From NCBI RefSeq assembly GCF_003334315.1, contig NZ_QOWR01000029.1: a stretch of DNA of 52,432 bases. The stretch is one strand, 5' to 3'. Shown here one piece after another: positions 1-9,850 of the stretch. The DNA comes from Escherichia coli (lineage in GTDB: Bacteria; Pseudomonadota; Gammaproteobacteria; Enterobacterales; Enterobacteriaceae). Below the pieces are notes generated by a model that was given only the letters and a program-made list of their open reading frames with translations, had not been told where the DNA came from and made no database searches. Every line of letters begins with the position of its first letter. Position 1 is the stretch's first letter. The position numbers and the translations under genes were made by a program.

Positions 1-438
1 AGGCCGCAGTCGGTAACCTCGCGCATACAGCCGGGCAGTGACGTCATCGTCTGCGCGGAAATGGACGAACAGTGGGGCTATGTCGGGGCTAAATCGCGCC
101 AGCGCTGGCTGTTTTACGCGTATGACAGTCTCCGGAAGACGGTTGTTGCGCACGTATTCGGTGAACGCACTATGGCGACGCTGGGGCGTCTTATGAGCCT
201 GCTGTCACCCTTTGACGTGGTGATATGGATGACGGATGGCTGGCCGCTGTATGAATCCCGCCTGAAGGGAAAGCTGCACGTAATCAGCAAGCGATATACG
301 CAGCGAATTGAGCGGCATAACCTGAATCTGAGGCAGCACCTGGCACGGCTGGGACGGAAGTCGCTGTCGTTCTCAAAATCGGTGGAGCTGCATGACAAAG
401 TCATCGGGCATTATCTGAACATAAAACACTATCAATAA
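1..438 (+). CDS. insB: IS1 transposase InsB reading frame, 5'-truncated by window edge
   Basis: Frame 1 is open from base 1 ([36 protein letters not shown]...IKHYQ), matching the recalled InsB C-terminal two-thirds. Stop codon at 436-438. Confidence 0.93.
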   Translation, partial: RPQSVTSRIQPGSDVIVCAEMDEQWGYVGAKSRQRWLFYAYDSLRKTVVAHVFGERTMATLGRLMSLLSPFDVVIWMTDGWPLYESRLKGKLHVISKRYTQRIERHNLNLRQHLARLGRKSLSFSKSVELHDKVIGHYLNIKHYQ

Positions 439-453
439 GTTGGAGTCATTACC
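1..453 (+). mobile_element. IS1: IS1 insertion sequence, right-hand ~450 bp (rest cut off by window edge)
   Basis: Stretch matches my recollection of IS1. The canonical IS1 terminus GGTAATGACTCCAA appears as its reverse complement ttggagtcattacc at 440-453. The sequence then switches abruptly into ybeF coding DNA. Confidence 0.95.
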
Positions 454-1281
454 CATAAAGGGATCGTTAATGCAGCGAAAGTGCTTAATCTGACCCCCTC
501 GGCAATCAGTCAGTCTATTCAGAAACTGCGCGTTATATTCCCTGACCCATTGTTTATTCGCAAAGGCCAGGGTGTCACTCCTACCGCATTTGCGATGCAT
601 CTACATGAGTATATCAGTCAGGGCCTTGAGTCCATTCTTGGCGCGCTGGATATCGAAGGAAGCTATGATAAGCAACGAACGATAACTATTGCGACCACTC
701 CCTCGGTCGGAGCACTGGTCCTTCCTGTCATCTATCGGGCGATTAAAACTCACTATCCGCAGCTTTTACTGCGCAACCCGCCCATCAGCGACGCGGAAAA
801 CCAACTCAGTCAGTTTCAAACCGATATCATCATCGATAACATGTTTTGCACCAATCGTACGGTGCAACATCATGTTCTGTTCACCGACAATATGGTGTTA
901 ATTTGCCGCGAGGGAAATCCACTACTCTCTTTAGAAGATGACAGAGAGACTATCGACAACGCTGCGCATGTACTTCTGTTACCGGAAGAGCAAAATTTCA
1001 GCGGTCTGCGGCAGAGAGTTCAAGAAATGTTTCCGGACCGGCAAATCAATTTCACCAGCTACAACATTTTGACAATCGCTGCACTGGTTGCCAACAGTGA
1101 CATGTTAGCGATTATTCCCAGCCGTTTTTATAACCTGTTTAGCCGCTGCTGGCCGCTGGAAAAACTGCCTTTTCCGTCCTTAAATGAGGAGCAAATAGAT
1201 TTCTCTATCCACTACAACAAATTCAGCCTGCGTGATCCCATCCTGCACGGAGTAATAGATGTTATCCGTAATGCATTTTGA
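454..1281 (+). pseudogene. ybeF: LysR-family regulator YbeF, N-terminally truncated by the IS1 insertion
   Basis: The frame reads HKGIVNAAKVLNLTPSAISQSIQKLR... straight from the IS1 boundary, so it begins inside the LysR HTH. The LysR substrate-binding domain follows. About 40 N-terminal codons are missing relative to the recalled ~317-aa K-12 YbeF. Confidence 0.85.
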
Positions 1282-1489
1282 AAAAGTATTGTTACAGCCA
1301 GATCACAGCGCAGAACGATAAAATGGCACAATCCAACAACAATTTTACATTTTCGCGACCGCTTTGGCTGCTTTCAGGTCCGTTTCAATGATATACTGCC
1401 AGTCGTTAATTCAAAAATAGTTGATAATTACAACAATCTATTGAATTGAAACGCTTTCCTTCGTAATTCGCAACTGGAACACGCACGCT

Positions 1490-2455
1490 ATGAGTAAACC
1501 CATTGTGATGGAACGCGGTGTTAAATACCGCGATGCCGATAAGATGGCCCTTATCCCGGTTAAAAACGTGGCAACAGAGCGCGAAGCCCTGCTGCGCAAG
1601 CCGGAATGGATGAAAATCAAGCTTCCAGCGGACTCTACACGTATCCAGGGCATCAAAGCCGCAATGCGCAAAAATGGCCTGCATTCTGTCTGCGAGGAAG
1701 CCTCCTGCCCTAACCTGGCGGAATGCTTCAACCACGGCACAGCAACGTTTATGATCCTCGGCGCTATTTGTACCCGCCGTTGTCCGTTCTGTGATGTTGC
1801 CCACGGTCGCCCGGTAGCTCCTGATGCCAATGAACCAGTGAAACTGGCGCAGACCATTGCCGATATGGCGCTGCGTTATGTGGTTATCACCTCCGTTGAC
1901 CGTGATGACCTGCGCGATGGCGGTGCCCAGCACTTTGCGGATTGCATTACTGCCATTCGGGAAAAAAGCCCGCAAATCAAAATTGAAACTCTGGTGCCGG
2001 ATTTCCGCGGTCGTATGGATCGTGCTCTGGATATTCTGACTGCAACGCCACCAGATGTGTTCAACCATAACCTGGAAAACGTACCGCGTATTTACCGTCA
2101 GGTACGGCCTGGTGCAGATTACAACTGGTCGCTGAAGCTGCTGGAACGCTTTAAAGAAGCGCATCCGGAAATCCCGACCAAGTCTGGTCTGATGGTGGGA
2201 CTGGGTGAAACCAATGAAGAAATTATTGAGGTAATGCGCGACCTGCGCCGTCATGGTGTGACGATGTTAACGCTGGGGCAATATTTGCAGCCAAGCCGCC
2301 ATCACCTGCCGGTTCAACGTTACGTTAGCCCGGATGAGTTCGACGAAATGAAAGCCGAAGCGCTGGCGATGGGCTTTACCCATGCTGCATGCGGTCCGTT
2401 TGTCCGCTCTTCTTACCACGCCGATTTGCAGGCGAAAGGGATGGAAGTTAAGTAA
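1490..2455 (+). CDS. lipA: Lipoyl synthase (radical SAM)
   Basis: 321 aa. CTRRCPFC radical-SAM cysteine motif and N-terminal [12 protein letters not shown] cluster motif. Matches recalled E. coli LipA. Confidence 0.97.
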
Positions 2456-2485
2456 TCCTGTAATAATTACTTACATCTGTCTGAT

Positions 2486-2515
2486 AAAAAACCCGCTTTT
2501 TGAAGCGGGTTTTTT
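2486..2515. terminator. Bidirectional rho-independent terminator between convergent lipA and tatE
   Basis: aaaaaacccgc-tttttgaa-gcgggtttttt: GC stem flanked by an A-run and a T-run. Confidence 0.8.
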
Positions 2516-2555
2516 GTATCGAACAAGATATTGAGGGAGCGTCCTGCTCGCCACG

Positions 2556-2759
2556 TCACTCTTTATGAGAGAGCTTTTCAGCCTGAAGATCAACGTCTGC
2601 GCCTTTTTTCGCCGCAGCATCGTCATCATTCATCGCCTTCTTGAACCCTTTAATGGCCGCTCCAAGGTCTCCGCCCAGCGTACGTAACTTCTTAGTCCCA
2701 AACAGCAGAACGACCAGCGCCGCAACTACCAGCAGTTTGGTAATACTAATCTCACCCAT
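2556..2759 (-). CDS. tatE: Twin-arginine translocase subunit TatE (TatA paralog)
   Basis: 67 aa, [26 protein letters not shown]... N-terminal transmembrane (TM) helix plus amphipathic helix. Matches recalled TatE. Confidence 0.95.
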   Translation of the reverse strand: MGEISITKLLVVAALVVLLFGTKKLRTLGGDLGAAIKGFKKAMNDDDAAAKKGADVDLQAEKLSHKE

Positions 2760-2887
2760 AGATACCTTCTTGACATATAACCGGCAACAGAACGCGCCTT
2801 AAAAACCAGAGAATATTAACGGTCATTCGACGCGCGCACACAATAGCAATCTGTAACAAGGTGAATCAAGCGCCGAGTAAAAAAACA

Positions 2888-3676
2888 TCATAATAATTGC
2901 GGCGGCGCAAAGCGACGGTTGTTTAAGACGGGCAGTTGCGCGCGCACCTGACGCACACGTTCGGGCGTCACTTCCGCCATAATGAGTGCAGGCATTTCTG
3001 ACGCTGCCGCAATGGTGACGCCAAAGGGATCTATAATCCGGCTTTGACCGATATTTTTGTTCCCGCACTCCCCCGCCGCCACCATATAACAGGTGGTATC
3101 CAGCGCACGAGCGGCAAGCAACGTTGACCAGTGATGCTCTTTGAGCGGCCCGCGAACCCAGGCGGCAGGAAGTACCAGGATTTCAGCTCCCTGTAATGCC
3201 TGTGCCAGCGCCAGCTCTGGAAAGCGTAAGTCATAACAGGTCATCAGACCGACCTTCATCCCTTCCACCTCCAGTAACGGAGCGATTTCATTACCAGCAT
3301 CAACACGGCGTGATTCCTGAATGGCAAATGCATCATAGAGATGCAGTTTGGCATAACGGGCGACGATGTTTCCTGCCTGAAGTGCCACCAGCATATTCCA
3401 TGCGCGCCCCGGCGTTGAAGGAACATGAATCGTCAGAATTGTCGTCATCATGTTACGTTTACTTTCTCGCCGTAAACGTCCGAGGAATTCGCCGTCCAGC
3501 AGCTGTGCTGATTTAACCGATAGATCTGCATCATGATCATCGCGCGCCAGCAATGCTTCCGGCAGGACAAACAGCGATACGTCGTTTTCCGCCGCCTGCG
3601 CCATCAACGAGGCACAAATCTCAGCGTTCTTTTCCCACACAGATGTAACAGCAAACTGTCCTGCGGCAACCAGCAT
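2888..3676 (-). CDS. ybeM: Nitrilase-superfamily (Nit1-like) C-N hydrolase, probable deaminated-glutathione amidase; apparently intact here
   Basis: Uninterrupted 262-264 codon ORF. Catalytic Glu-Lys-Cys candidates are visible ([28 protein letters not shown]). AGGAGG lies 5 nt upstream of the ATG at 3676, which I prefer over the GTG at 3682. Confidence 0.85.
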   Translation of the reverse strand: MLVAAGQFAVTSVWEKNAEICASLMAQAAENDVSLFVLPEALLARDDHDADLSVKSAQLLDGEFLGRLRRESKRNMMTTILTIHVPSTPGRAWNMLVALQAGNIVARYAKLHLYDAFAIQESRRVDAGNEIAPLLEVEGMKVGLMTCYDLRFPELALAQALQGAEILVLPAAWVRGPLKEHHWSTLLAARALDTTCYMVAAGECGNKNIGQSRIIDPFGVTIAAASEMPALIMAEVTPERVRQVRAQLPVLNNRRFAPPQLL

Positions 3677-3768
3677 TGCCACCTCCTGTCAGAGTCGTAA
3701 AATTCGCCAACGACGATTATTCGGCGTTACACTTATCACTCATACAAATCAAATAGCAGGATTTTGCA

Positions 3769-4152
3769 GTGTTACAACTTCTTTTAGCAGTTTTTATTGG
3801 CGGTGGTACGGGAAGCGTGGCGAGATGGCTGTTAAGTATGCGATTTAACCCACTGCATCAGGCGATTCCGTTGGGGACGCTGACAGCAAACCTGATTGGG
3901 GCATTCATCATAGGAATAGGATTCGCATGGTTCAGCAGGATGACGAACATTGATCCAGTGTGGAAAGTATTAATCACCACCGGATTTTGTGGCGGTCTAA
4001 CAACCTTCTCAACATTTTCGGCAGAAGTGGTGTTTTTGTTACAAGAGGGCCGCTTTGGCTGGGCATTACTGAACGTTTTCGTCAACCTTCTGGGGTCTTT
4101 TGCCATGACCGCACTGGCATTCTGGCTGTTTTCGGCCTCAACCGCACACTAA
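3769..4152 (+). CDS. crcB: Fluoride ion channel CrcB/FluC
   Basis: 127 aa, 4-TM small membrane protein with GTG start. GGLTTFSTF motif. Matches recalled CrcB. Confidence 0.93.
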   Translation: MLQLLLAVFIGGGTGSVARWLLSMRFNPLHQAIPLGTLTANLIGAFIIGIGFAWFSRMTNIDPVWKVLITTGFCGGLTTFSTFSAEVVFLLQEGRFGWALLNVFVNLLGSFAMTALAFWLFSASTAH

Positions 4153-4157
4153 AGACC

Positions 4158-4186
4158 AAAAAAAACCCGCTGATTAAGCGGGTTTT
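4158..4186. terminator. Bidirectional rho-independent terminator between convergent crcB and cspE
   Basis: aaaaaaaacccgc-tgattaa-gcgggtttt hairpin. Confidence 0.75.
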
Positions 4187-4205
4187 GAATTCTTGCTGAC
4201 GTATC

Positions 4206-4415
4206 TTACAGAGCGATTACGTTTGCAGCAGAAGGGCCTTTGGCACCGTTAGTGATTTCGAACTCTACGCGCTGACCTTCAGCAAGAGTTTTAAAACCAT
4301 TAGTCTGGATTGCAGAGAAGTGTACGAACACGTCTTTGCTGCCGTCTTCCGGAGTAATGAAACCGAATCCTTTGGACTCATTAAACCACTTAACGTTACC
4401 TTTAATCTTAGACAT
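4206..4415 (-). CDS. cspE: Cold-shock-domain protein CspE
   Basis: 69 aa from [20 protein letters not shown] (RNP1) to VFVHF (RNP2). The ORF-track N-terminal extension to 4445 is not used. Confidence 0.96.
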
Positions 4416-4589
4416 CAAAATTACCTTTACATGAAAAATAGACACAAATGCTGTGTCGGTTACCAGTACACCAATTGTGGTACGCTTTGTCCAGTGTAAC
4501 TTTACTAAAAAGTGATAAAAGTCGCGTTATTTTTGATGTTACTTATTTTAGCTATTGATTTTAAAGAAGTTACTAAAACTTCATTTGTC

Positions 4590-5150
4590 TCAAAACTGAA
4601 AGCGCATCCAGGCAAAGTACACATTGCCATTGTTGTAGGTACCCGGAATGTAGGTCATCTGAAAAGTCACTGGGCCATAACCCACGGAGGCCAATGGCAG
4701 TAGAACCGGGAGAGGGATGTAATTCCAGTTATCGCGTGCCGTTACGCCAGCGGTGAATCCCAGACCTAAATGAAAATTTTCATCCGCCAGCGGTCGCCAG
4801 GTACTTTCCCATCCGTATCCGGCAATCGGTTCCCATTTGTTCCACGAGTCCTTAAATGCCATGGCATACAGGCCATGCCAGTTTCCTTTTTCATCCCAAC
4901 GCGACAGGCCAAAACCGCCACCCCACGGTCGCTCGTTATAGCGATCGGTTTTTTCTTTGTCGTAAGCGAAACGTGCATGCCAGGTGATGGCAGGAATATA
5001 TAAATCATAATGTTCAGGCTGTTGCCAGGTTTGTGCAATATTTTCTCTAAACGTTGTCATCCACTCATCTGCGTTAGCAAAAACTTTACCAACGCTGATT
5101 AACTGAATAAAAACAAAGGAAAAGATAGCGACATATTTACTCACGTTCAT
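4590..5150 (-). CDS. pagP: Outer-membrane lipid A palmitoyltransferase PagP
   Basis: 186 aa from [17 protein letters not shown]... signal peptide, C-terminal beta-barrel ...AWMRFQF. Matches recalled PagP. The start chosen is the internal Met of the 194-aa ORF. Confidence 0.93.
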   Translation of the reverse strand: MNVSKYVAIFSFVFIQLISVGKVFANADEWMTTFRENIAQTWQQPEHYDLYIPAITWHARFAYDKEKTDRYNERPWGGGFGLSRWDEKGNWHGLYAMAFKDSWNKWEPIAGYGWESTWRPLADENFHLGLGFTAGVTARDNWNYIPLPVLLPLASVGYGPVTFQMTYIPGTYNNGNVYFAWMRFQF

Positions 5151-5635
5151 TTGTGACCATAAAACATTTATCAAAAATCTACTACTAGCATAGCAAAGCT
5201 ACAATTAACATAACCTTAATAGACCCAACATAAAGAATAATCTGAATAGCTGCTCTATTTATTTCCGCTTGTTCAAGTTAAATATTTCCGCGCATCGATT
5301 AAAGATGATGCGTCGTTTTCTGCGATGGGAATAGTCAAAAAAGAAAAACCAAGTCTTTTTTGATGACAAAATGCAATCAAGGAAAAATTATTTTATTTTT
5401 TAACGAGATACAACAATCATCTTAACGAAGTATATAATATATATCGTCAACCTATGCTCATATTAGATTATTTTTTGAGCGCACAGCCGCAGCTAACACC
5501 ATTGCAATTAACAAATTTGCATCAATCCACCATCAATTTGCACACATTATTATGTGATAATTGCCAACCGCTAAATATGCGTTTTGTTATCTATGTATAA
5601 AAACAGCAACTTCAATGTCTTAATGGCAGTTTTTC

Positions 5636-5649
5636 TTGATTTTAATCAG
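5636..5649 (+). promoter_or_regulatory. Candidate FNR site (TTGAT-N4-ATCAg) of the dcuC promoter
   Basis: ttgattttaatcag matches 9/10 of the TTGAT-N4-ATCAA consensus. catatt at 5672-5677 places the site centre about 41.5 bp upstream of a predicted start near 5684. dcuC is known to be anaerobically induced via FNR. Confidence 0.5.
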
Positions 5650-5738
5650 CATTCATCGCCAATTTATTGGGCATATTTTTTCCTTAAGCTTTAGGAATTT
5701 TTTATTATTTACTTTGGGGCCTGGAGACAGGAAAAATT

Positions 5739-7124
5739 ATGCTGACATTCATTGAGCTCCTTATTGGGGTTGTGGTTATTGTGGGTGTAGCTCGCTACAT
5801 CATTAAAGGGTATTCCGCCACTGGTGTGTTATTTGTCGGTGGCCTGTTATTGCTGATTATCAGTGCCATTATGGGGCACAAAGTGTTACCGTCCAGCCAG
5901 GCTTCAACAGGCTACAGCGCCACGGATATCGTTGAATACGTTAAAATATTACTAATGAGCCGCGGCGGCGACCTCGGCATGATGATTATGATGCTGTGTG
6001 GATTTGCCGCTTACATGACCCATATCGGCGCGAATGATATGGTGGTCAAGCTGGCGTCAAAACCATTGCAGTATATTAACTCCCCTTACCTGCTGATGAT
6101 TGCCGCCTATTTTGTCGCCTGTCTGATGTCTCTGGCCGTCTCTTCCGCAACCGGTCTGGGTGTTTTGCTGATGGCAACCCTATTTCCGGTGATGGTAAAC
6201 GTTGGTATCAGTCGTGGCGCAGCTGCTGCCATTTGTGCCTCCCCGGCGGCGATTATTCTCGCACCGACTTCAGGGGATGTGGTGCTGGCGGCGCAAGCTT
6301 CCGAAATGTCGCTGATTGACTTCGCCTTCAAAACGACGCTGCCTATCTCAATTGCTGCAATTATCGGCATGGCGATCGCCCACTTCTTCTGGCAACGTTA
6401 TCTGGATAAAAAAGAGCACATCTCTCATGAAATGTTAGATGTCAGTGAAATCACCACCACTGCTCCTGCGTTTTATGCCATTTTGCCGTTCACGCCGATC
6501 ATCGGTGTACTGATTTTTGACGGTAAATGGGGTCCGCAATTACACATCATCACTATTCTGGTGATTTGTATGCTGATTGCCTCCATTCTGGAGTTCCTCC
6601 GCAGCTTTAATACCCAGAAAGTTTTCTCTGGTCTGGAAGTGGCTTATCGCGGGATGGCAGATGCGTTTGCTAACGTGGTGATGCTGCTGGTTGCCGCTGG
6701 GGTATTCGCTCAGGGGCTTAGCACCATCGGCTTTATTCAAAGTCTGATTTCTATCGCTACCTCGTTTGGTTCGGCGAGTATCATCCTGATGCTGGTATTG
6801 GTGATTCTGACAATGCTGGCGGCAGTCACGACCGGTTCAGGCAATGCACCGTTTTATGCGTTTGTTGAGATGATCCCGAAACTGGCGCACTCTTCCGGCA
6901 TTAACCCGGCGTATTTGACTATCCCGATGCTGCAGGCGTCAAACCTTGGCCGTACCCTTTCGCCCGTTTCTGGCGTAGTCGTTGCGGTTGCCGGGATGGC
7001 GAAGATCTCGCCGTTTGAAGTCGTAAAACGCACCTCGGTACCGGTGCTTGTTGGTTTGGTGATTGTTATCGTTGCTACAGAGCTGATGGTGCCAGGAACG
7101 GCAGCAGCGGTCACAGGCAAGTAA
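5739..7124 (+). CDS. dcuC: Anaerobic C4-dicarboxylate transporter DcuC
   Basis: 461 aa polytopic membrane protein. Matches recalled DcuC. Uninterrupted. Confidence 0.95.
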   Translation: MLTFIELLIGVVVIVGVARYIIKGYSATGVLFVGGLLLLIISAIMGHKVLPSSQASTGYSATDIVEYVKILLMSRGGDLGMMIMMLCGFAAYMTHIGANDMVVKLASKPLQYINSPYLLMIAAYFVACLMSLAVSSATGLGVLLMATLFPVMVNVGISRGAAAAICASPAAIILAPTSGDVVLAAQASEMSLIDFAFKTTLPISIAAIIGMAIAHFFWQRYLDKKEHISHEMLDVSEITTTAPAFYAILPFTPIIGVLIFDGKWGPQLHIITILVICMLIASILEFLRSFNTQKVFSGLEVAYRGMADAFANVVMLLVAAGVFAQGLSTIGFIQSLISIATSFGSASIILMLVLVILTMLAAVTTGSGNAPFYAFVEMIPKLAHSSGINPAYLTIPMLQASNLGRTLSPVSGVVVAVAGMAKISPFEVVKRTSVPVLVGLVIVIVATELMVPGTAAAVTGK

Positions 7125-7132
7125 ATAGTAAT

Positions 7133-7160
7133 GCCGGAGGCAAGTTTCCTCCGGCTTTAT
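7133..7160 (+). terminator. Hairpin terminator after dcuC
   Basis: gccggagg-caagttt-cctccggc followed by tttat. The T-run is weak. Confidence 0.55.
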
Positions 7161-7164
7161 CATG

Positions 7165-7845
7165 TCACCCACTGTGGTATATGCGTTGTGGTCTGCCAAC
7201 TTTGCCGTGAACAATTTCAGCAATAATCAGATGGCGGCTGGCGCAATATTCAAGATAACGCCTGGCAGTGGTGCGGCTGATGGTCAGTGCCTGCGCCACC
7301 GTTTCTGCCGTATGTTGCACACCAGGCTCTTTAAACAGTTTTCGCACCGCGTTTAGCGTCAAGGGGTCAATGCCGGTCGGTAGCTCGTCCTTAGGTTCAC
7401 CGCGAGCATAAGCATTAAACATCTCATCAATTTGCTTCTGGCTGGCGCTATCAATACTTTCCAGCATATGTTTACGCTGGCGGAAACGGGTTAGCGTTTG
7501 CCCCAGCCGTTCATAGGCAATGGGCTTAATGAGATAATCAAATACACCACAACGTACGGCTTCAGACACCGTTTCCATATCGCTGGCTGCAGTGGTAAAC
7601 ACCACGTCGCCGGGATAATGCGCCTGCACCAGTTCATGCAGTAAATTAATCCCTCTACCGTCAGGAAGATAGTTATCGAGCAAGATTAGCCCCGGCTTAA
7701 AACGCTCGATCATCATTCGGGCCTGCGCCAGATTTCCCGCCAGTAATATCTGACTGAATCCGGGAATGTGACGAATATATTCCGCATGCATCTCTGCCAG
7801 CGGCGTTTCGTCCTCAACGATCAATAGGGTTAATGGAGCTGTCAT
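7165..7845 (-). CDS. dpiA: Response regulator DpiA (CitB)
   Basis: 226 aa. Receiver domain (LLIVEDE..., LILLDNYLPDG) plus C-terminal HTH. Overlaps the dpiB 3' end by 32 nt. Confidence 0.95.
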   Translation of the reverse strand: MTAPLTLLIVEDETPLAEMHAEYIRHIPGFSQILLAGNLAQARMMIERFKPGLILLDNYLPDGRGINLLHELVQAHYPGDVVFTTAASDMETVSEAVRCGVFDYLIKPIAYERLGQTLTRFRQRKHMLESIDSASQKQIDEMFNAYARGEPKDELPTGIDPLTLNAVRKLFKEPGVQHTAETVAQALTISRTTARRYLEYCASRHLIIAEIVHGKVGRPQRIYHSG

Positions 7846-9472
7846 TAGGTTTCACTTTCGGAATATAGATTGAAAATAAGGTACCGCAGGGATCATTATC
7901 TTCGAGAGTGATAACACCACCGCAGCGCGTTACGTAGCTGGCAATCAAGTACAACCCAATGCCATGTTCACCGGGCTCGTCAGCACGCGTACTGACCCCC
8001 TGCTCAAATATTTTGTCTCGTAGAGACTCTGGAACGCCGCAGCCCTGATCGGCGACTTCAATCACCACATCATCGCCTTCATCGCTGAGGAATAATTCAA
8101 CGATCTTGTTTCCTTCATCGCTACGCAGGCTGGCTTCGAAGGCGTTATCAAGTAAATTGCCCACAATGGCTGCAAACTCGGTGCTATCCAGTCCTGGCGG
8201 CAGTTGCGAAAGCTGGCTACCGGGGACAATGATCATTTTTAGCCCCAGTTCCCGGGCGCGCTGCACTTTACCAAAAAGCAGCCCCGCCACCTGGCGATCG
8301 GCAAACGCCTCGCGCAGGCTGTCAATAAGCTGTTGCTGGGCCTGAGACTCCCCCTGCACCATCGCCAGCACGCGATCATACTCTTTCATCTGCAACAGAC
8401 CATTGAGCGTCGACATCCAATTGAGATGCTCGTGTCGCAATGTACGAAGGCTCTCAACGTATTGTTTTATTTGCGTCAGTTGCGCATTGAGGGTGGAAAT
8501 TTCGTCTTTACTACGAAAGCTGATAATGGCCCCCAGCAAATCATCACCTGAACGAATAGCTTCCCGGTTGGCAATAACGCTCAGACCGTTAAAGTTCGCC
8601 ACCACATCCTGACGTTTTTCATCAATCTGTTCGGTAAAGAAATCGGCGGGCCTGACCACTTCAACAATGGGTTTACCCAACCATTGCCGTCCGGGGGAAC
8701 TCAGCCCCAGCATCTTTCTTGCGTTACGATTGATGGCGGTAATGTAACCATGCGGATCCACCGCAATCAGCCCTTCATAAACCGAACTAAACAGCGCCTC
8801 TTGCTGACGGACCACGCGTGCGATTTGCTTTGGCTCCATGCCCATCATCTGCCGACGGATATGCGCGGCCAGGAACCACGACAGCAACATCAGAATCCCT
8901 AACAGCACGACAAACACACCTGCCATCGGTAATAAAAACTCAGCCCGCCAGCTATCGATTTTACTCACCAGGTAGCCAATCGACACCACGCCGATGACTT
9001 TTCCATCGTCATCAAAGATTGGCGTTTTGGCGCGCATCGCCATCCCCATTGACCCTTTCCCGGTAATGAAGTAGCTCTCCCCTTTCTCCAGCGCGCCCTG
9101 TTTGGTGAACTGCATAGGATAACCAATTTTCTCCGGATTAGGATGGTAAAGGCGGATCGAGTGCCGGTCCCCAATCACCACATAATCAAAATCGGTATCT
9201 CTTTGTAATTTGTTAGCGATGGTCGCCAGCCGTTTGTAGTCACGCGTTTTCACCGCAGAGATGACACTGTCATTGGAGGCAATAATTTTCGCCTGATTCA
9301 TTGCCATGTCGCGTACATGAAGCGTTAAATAGTCCTCAAAACTGGCCGTAAAATATTGCGCCAGGGCTGCAATGACAAATATTGAGAACACCAGAATCAG
9401 CAAAAAGATACGCAGCGGAAATGCCAGTCTTTGGAAAAATGCAAACTGTTTATTCTCGTTAAGCTGCAACAT
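7814..9472 (-). CDS. dpiB: Citrate-sensing histidine kinase DpiB (CitA)
   Basis: 552 aa from MLQLNENKQFAFF. Two TM segments flank a periplasmic sensor domain, followed by the H-box LRHEHLNWMSTL and an ATPase domain. The 20-codon upstream extension in the ORF track was rejected. Confidence 0.93.
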   Translation of the reverse strand: MLQLNENKQFAFFQRLAFPLRIFLLILVFSIFVIAALAQYFTASFEDYLTLHVRDMAMNQAKIIASNDSVISAVKTRDYKRLATIANKLQRDTDFDYVVIGDRHSIRLYHPNPEKIGYPMQFTKQGALEKGESYFITGKGSMGMAMRAKTPIFDDDGKVIGVVSIGYLVSKIDSWRAEFLLPMAGVFVVLLGILMLLSWFLAAHIRRQMMGMEPKQIARVVRQQEALFSSVYEGLIAVDPHGYITAINRNARKMLGLSSPGRQWLGKPIVEVVRPADFFTEQIDEKRQDVVANFNGLSVIANREAIRSGDDLLGAIISFRSKDEISTLNAQLTQIKQYVESLRTLRHEHLNWMSTLNGLLQMKEYDRVLAMVQGESQAQQQLIDSLREAFADRQVAGLLFGKVQRARELGLKMIIVPGSQLSQLPPGLDSTEFAAIVGNLLDNAFEASLRSDEGNKIVELFLSDEGDDVVIEVADQGCGVPESLRDKIFEQGVSTRADEPGEHGIGLYLIASYVTRCGGVITLEDNDPCGTLFSIYIPKVKPNDSSINPIDR

Positions 9473-9850
9473 TGTTTTCCTTGCGGGTTGTCCCGAGCCT
9501 CTTTGACGGATGTAATTAAAATGTTGAATCAAAATACATAGATATTAATTATAATCGTGGCAAATTTTATTCATTAAATCAATTAAATCACTTAAACCTG
9601 CGAGTCATTTCGTAATTACATTAATTAAAAAACTTAAAATCATTAAATAAATAAAAAACCACTAACTCTATGTGAAATAAATCAAAATTTCACGCCGAAA
9701 TACTCCTTAGGATGTATAGCGAAAGGAGAAAAAGATATACCTCGATCACCCCCTTTCTCCCAAGTGAAAATAAAAGGTTATCAGTTTGCAACATTGAACA
9801 ACATTCGTTGCAAATCGATAACAACATGCACCTTCAGGATACTATTTATT

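Noticed and set aside
3683-3768. A possible fluoride riboswitch upstream of crcB.
   Set aside because: The 86-nt spacer shows no conserved crcB-motif pseudoknot elements that I can recognise. As I recall, E. coli crcB lacks the riboswitch.
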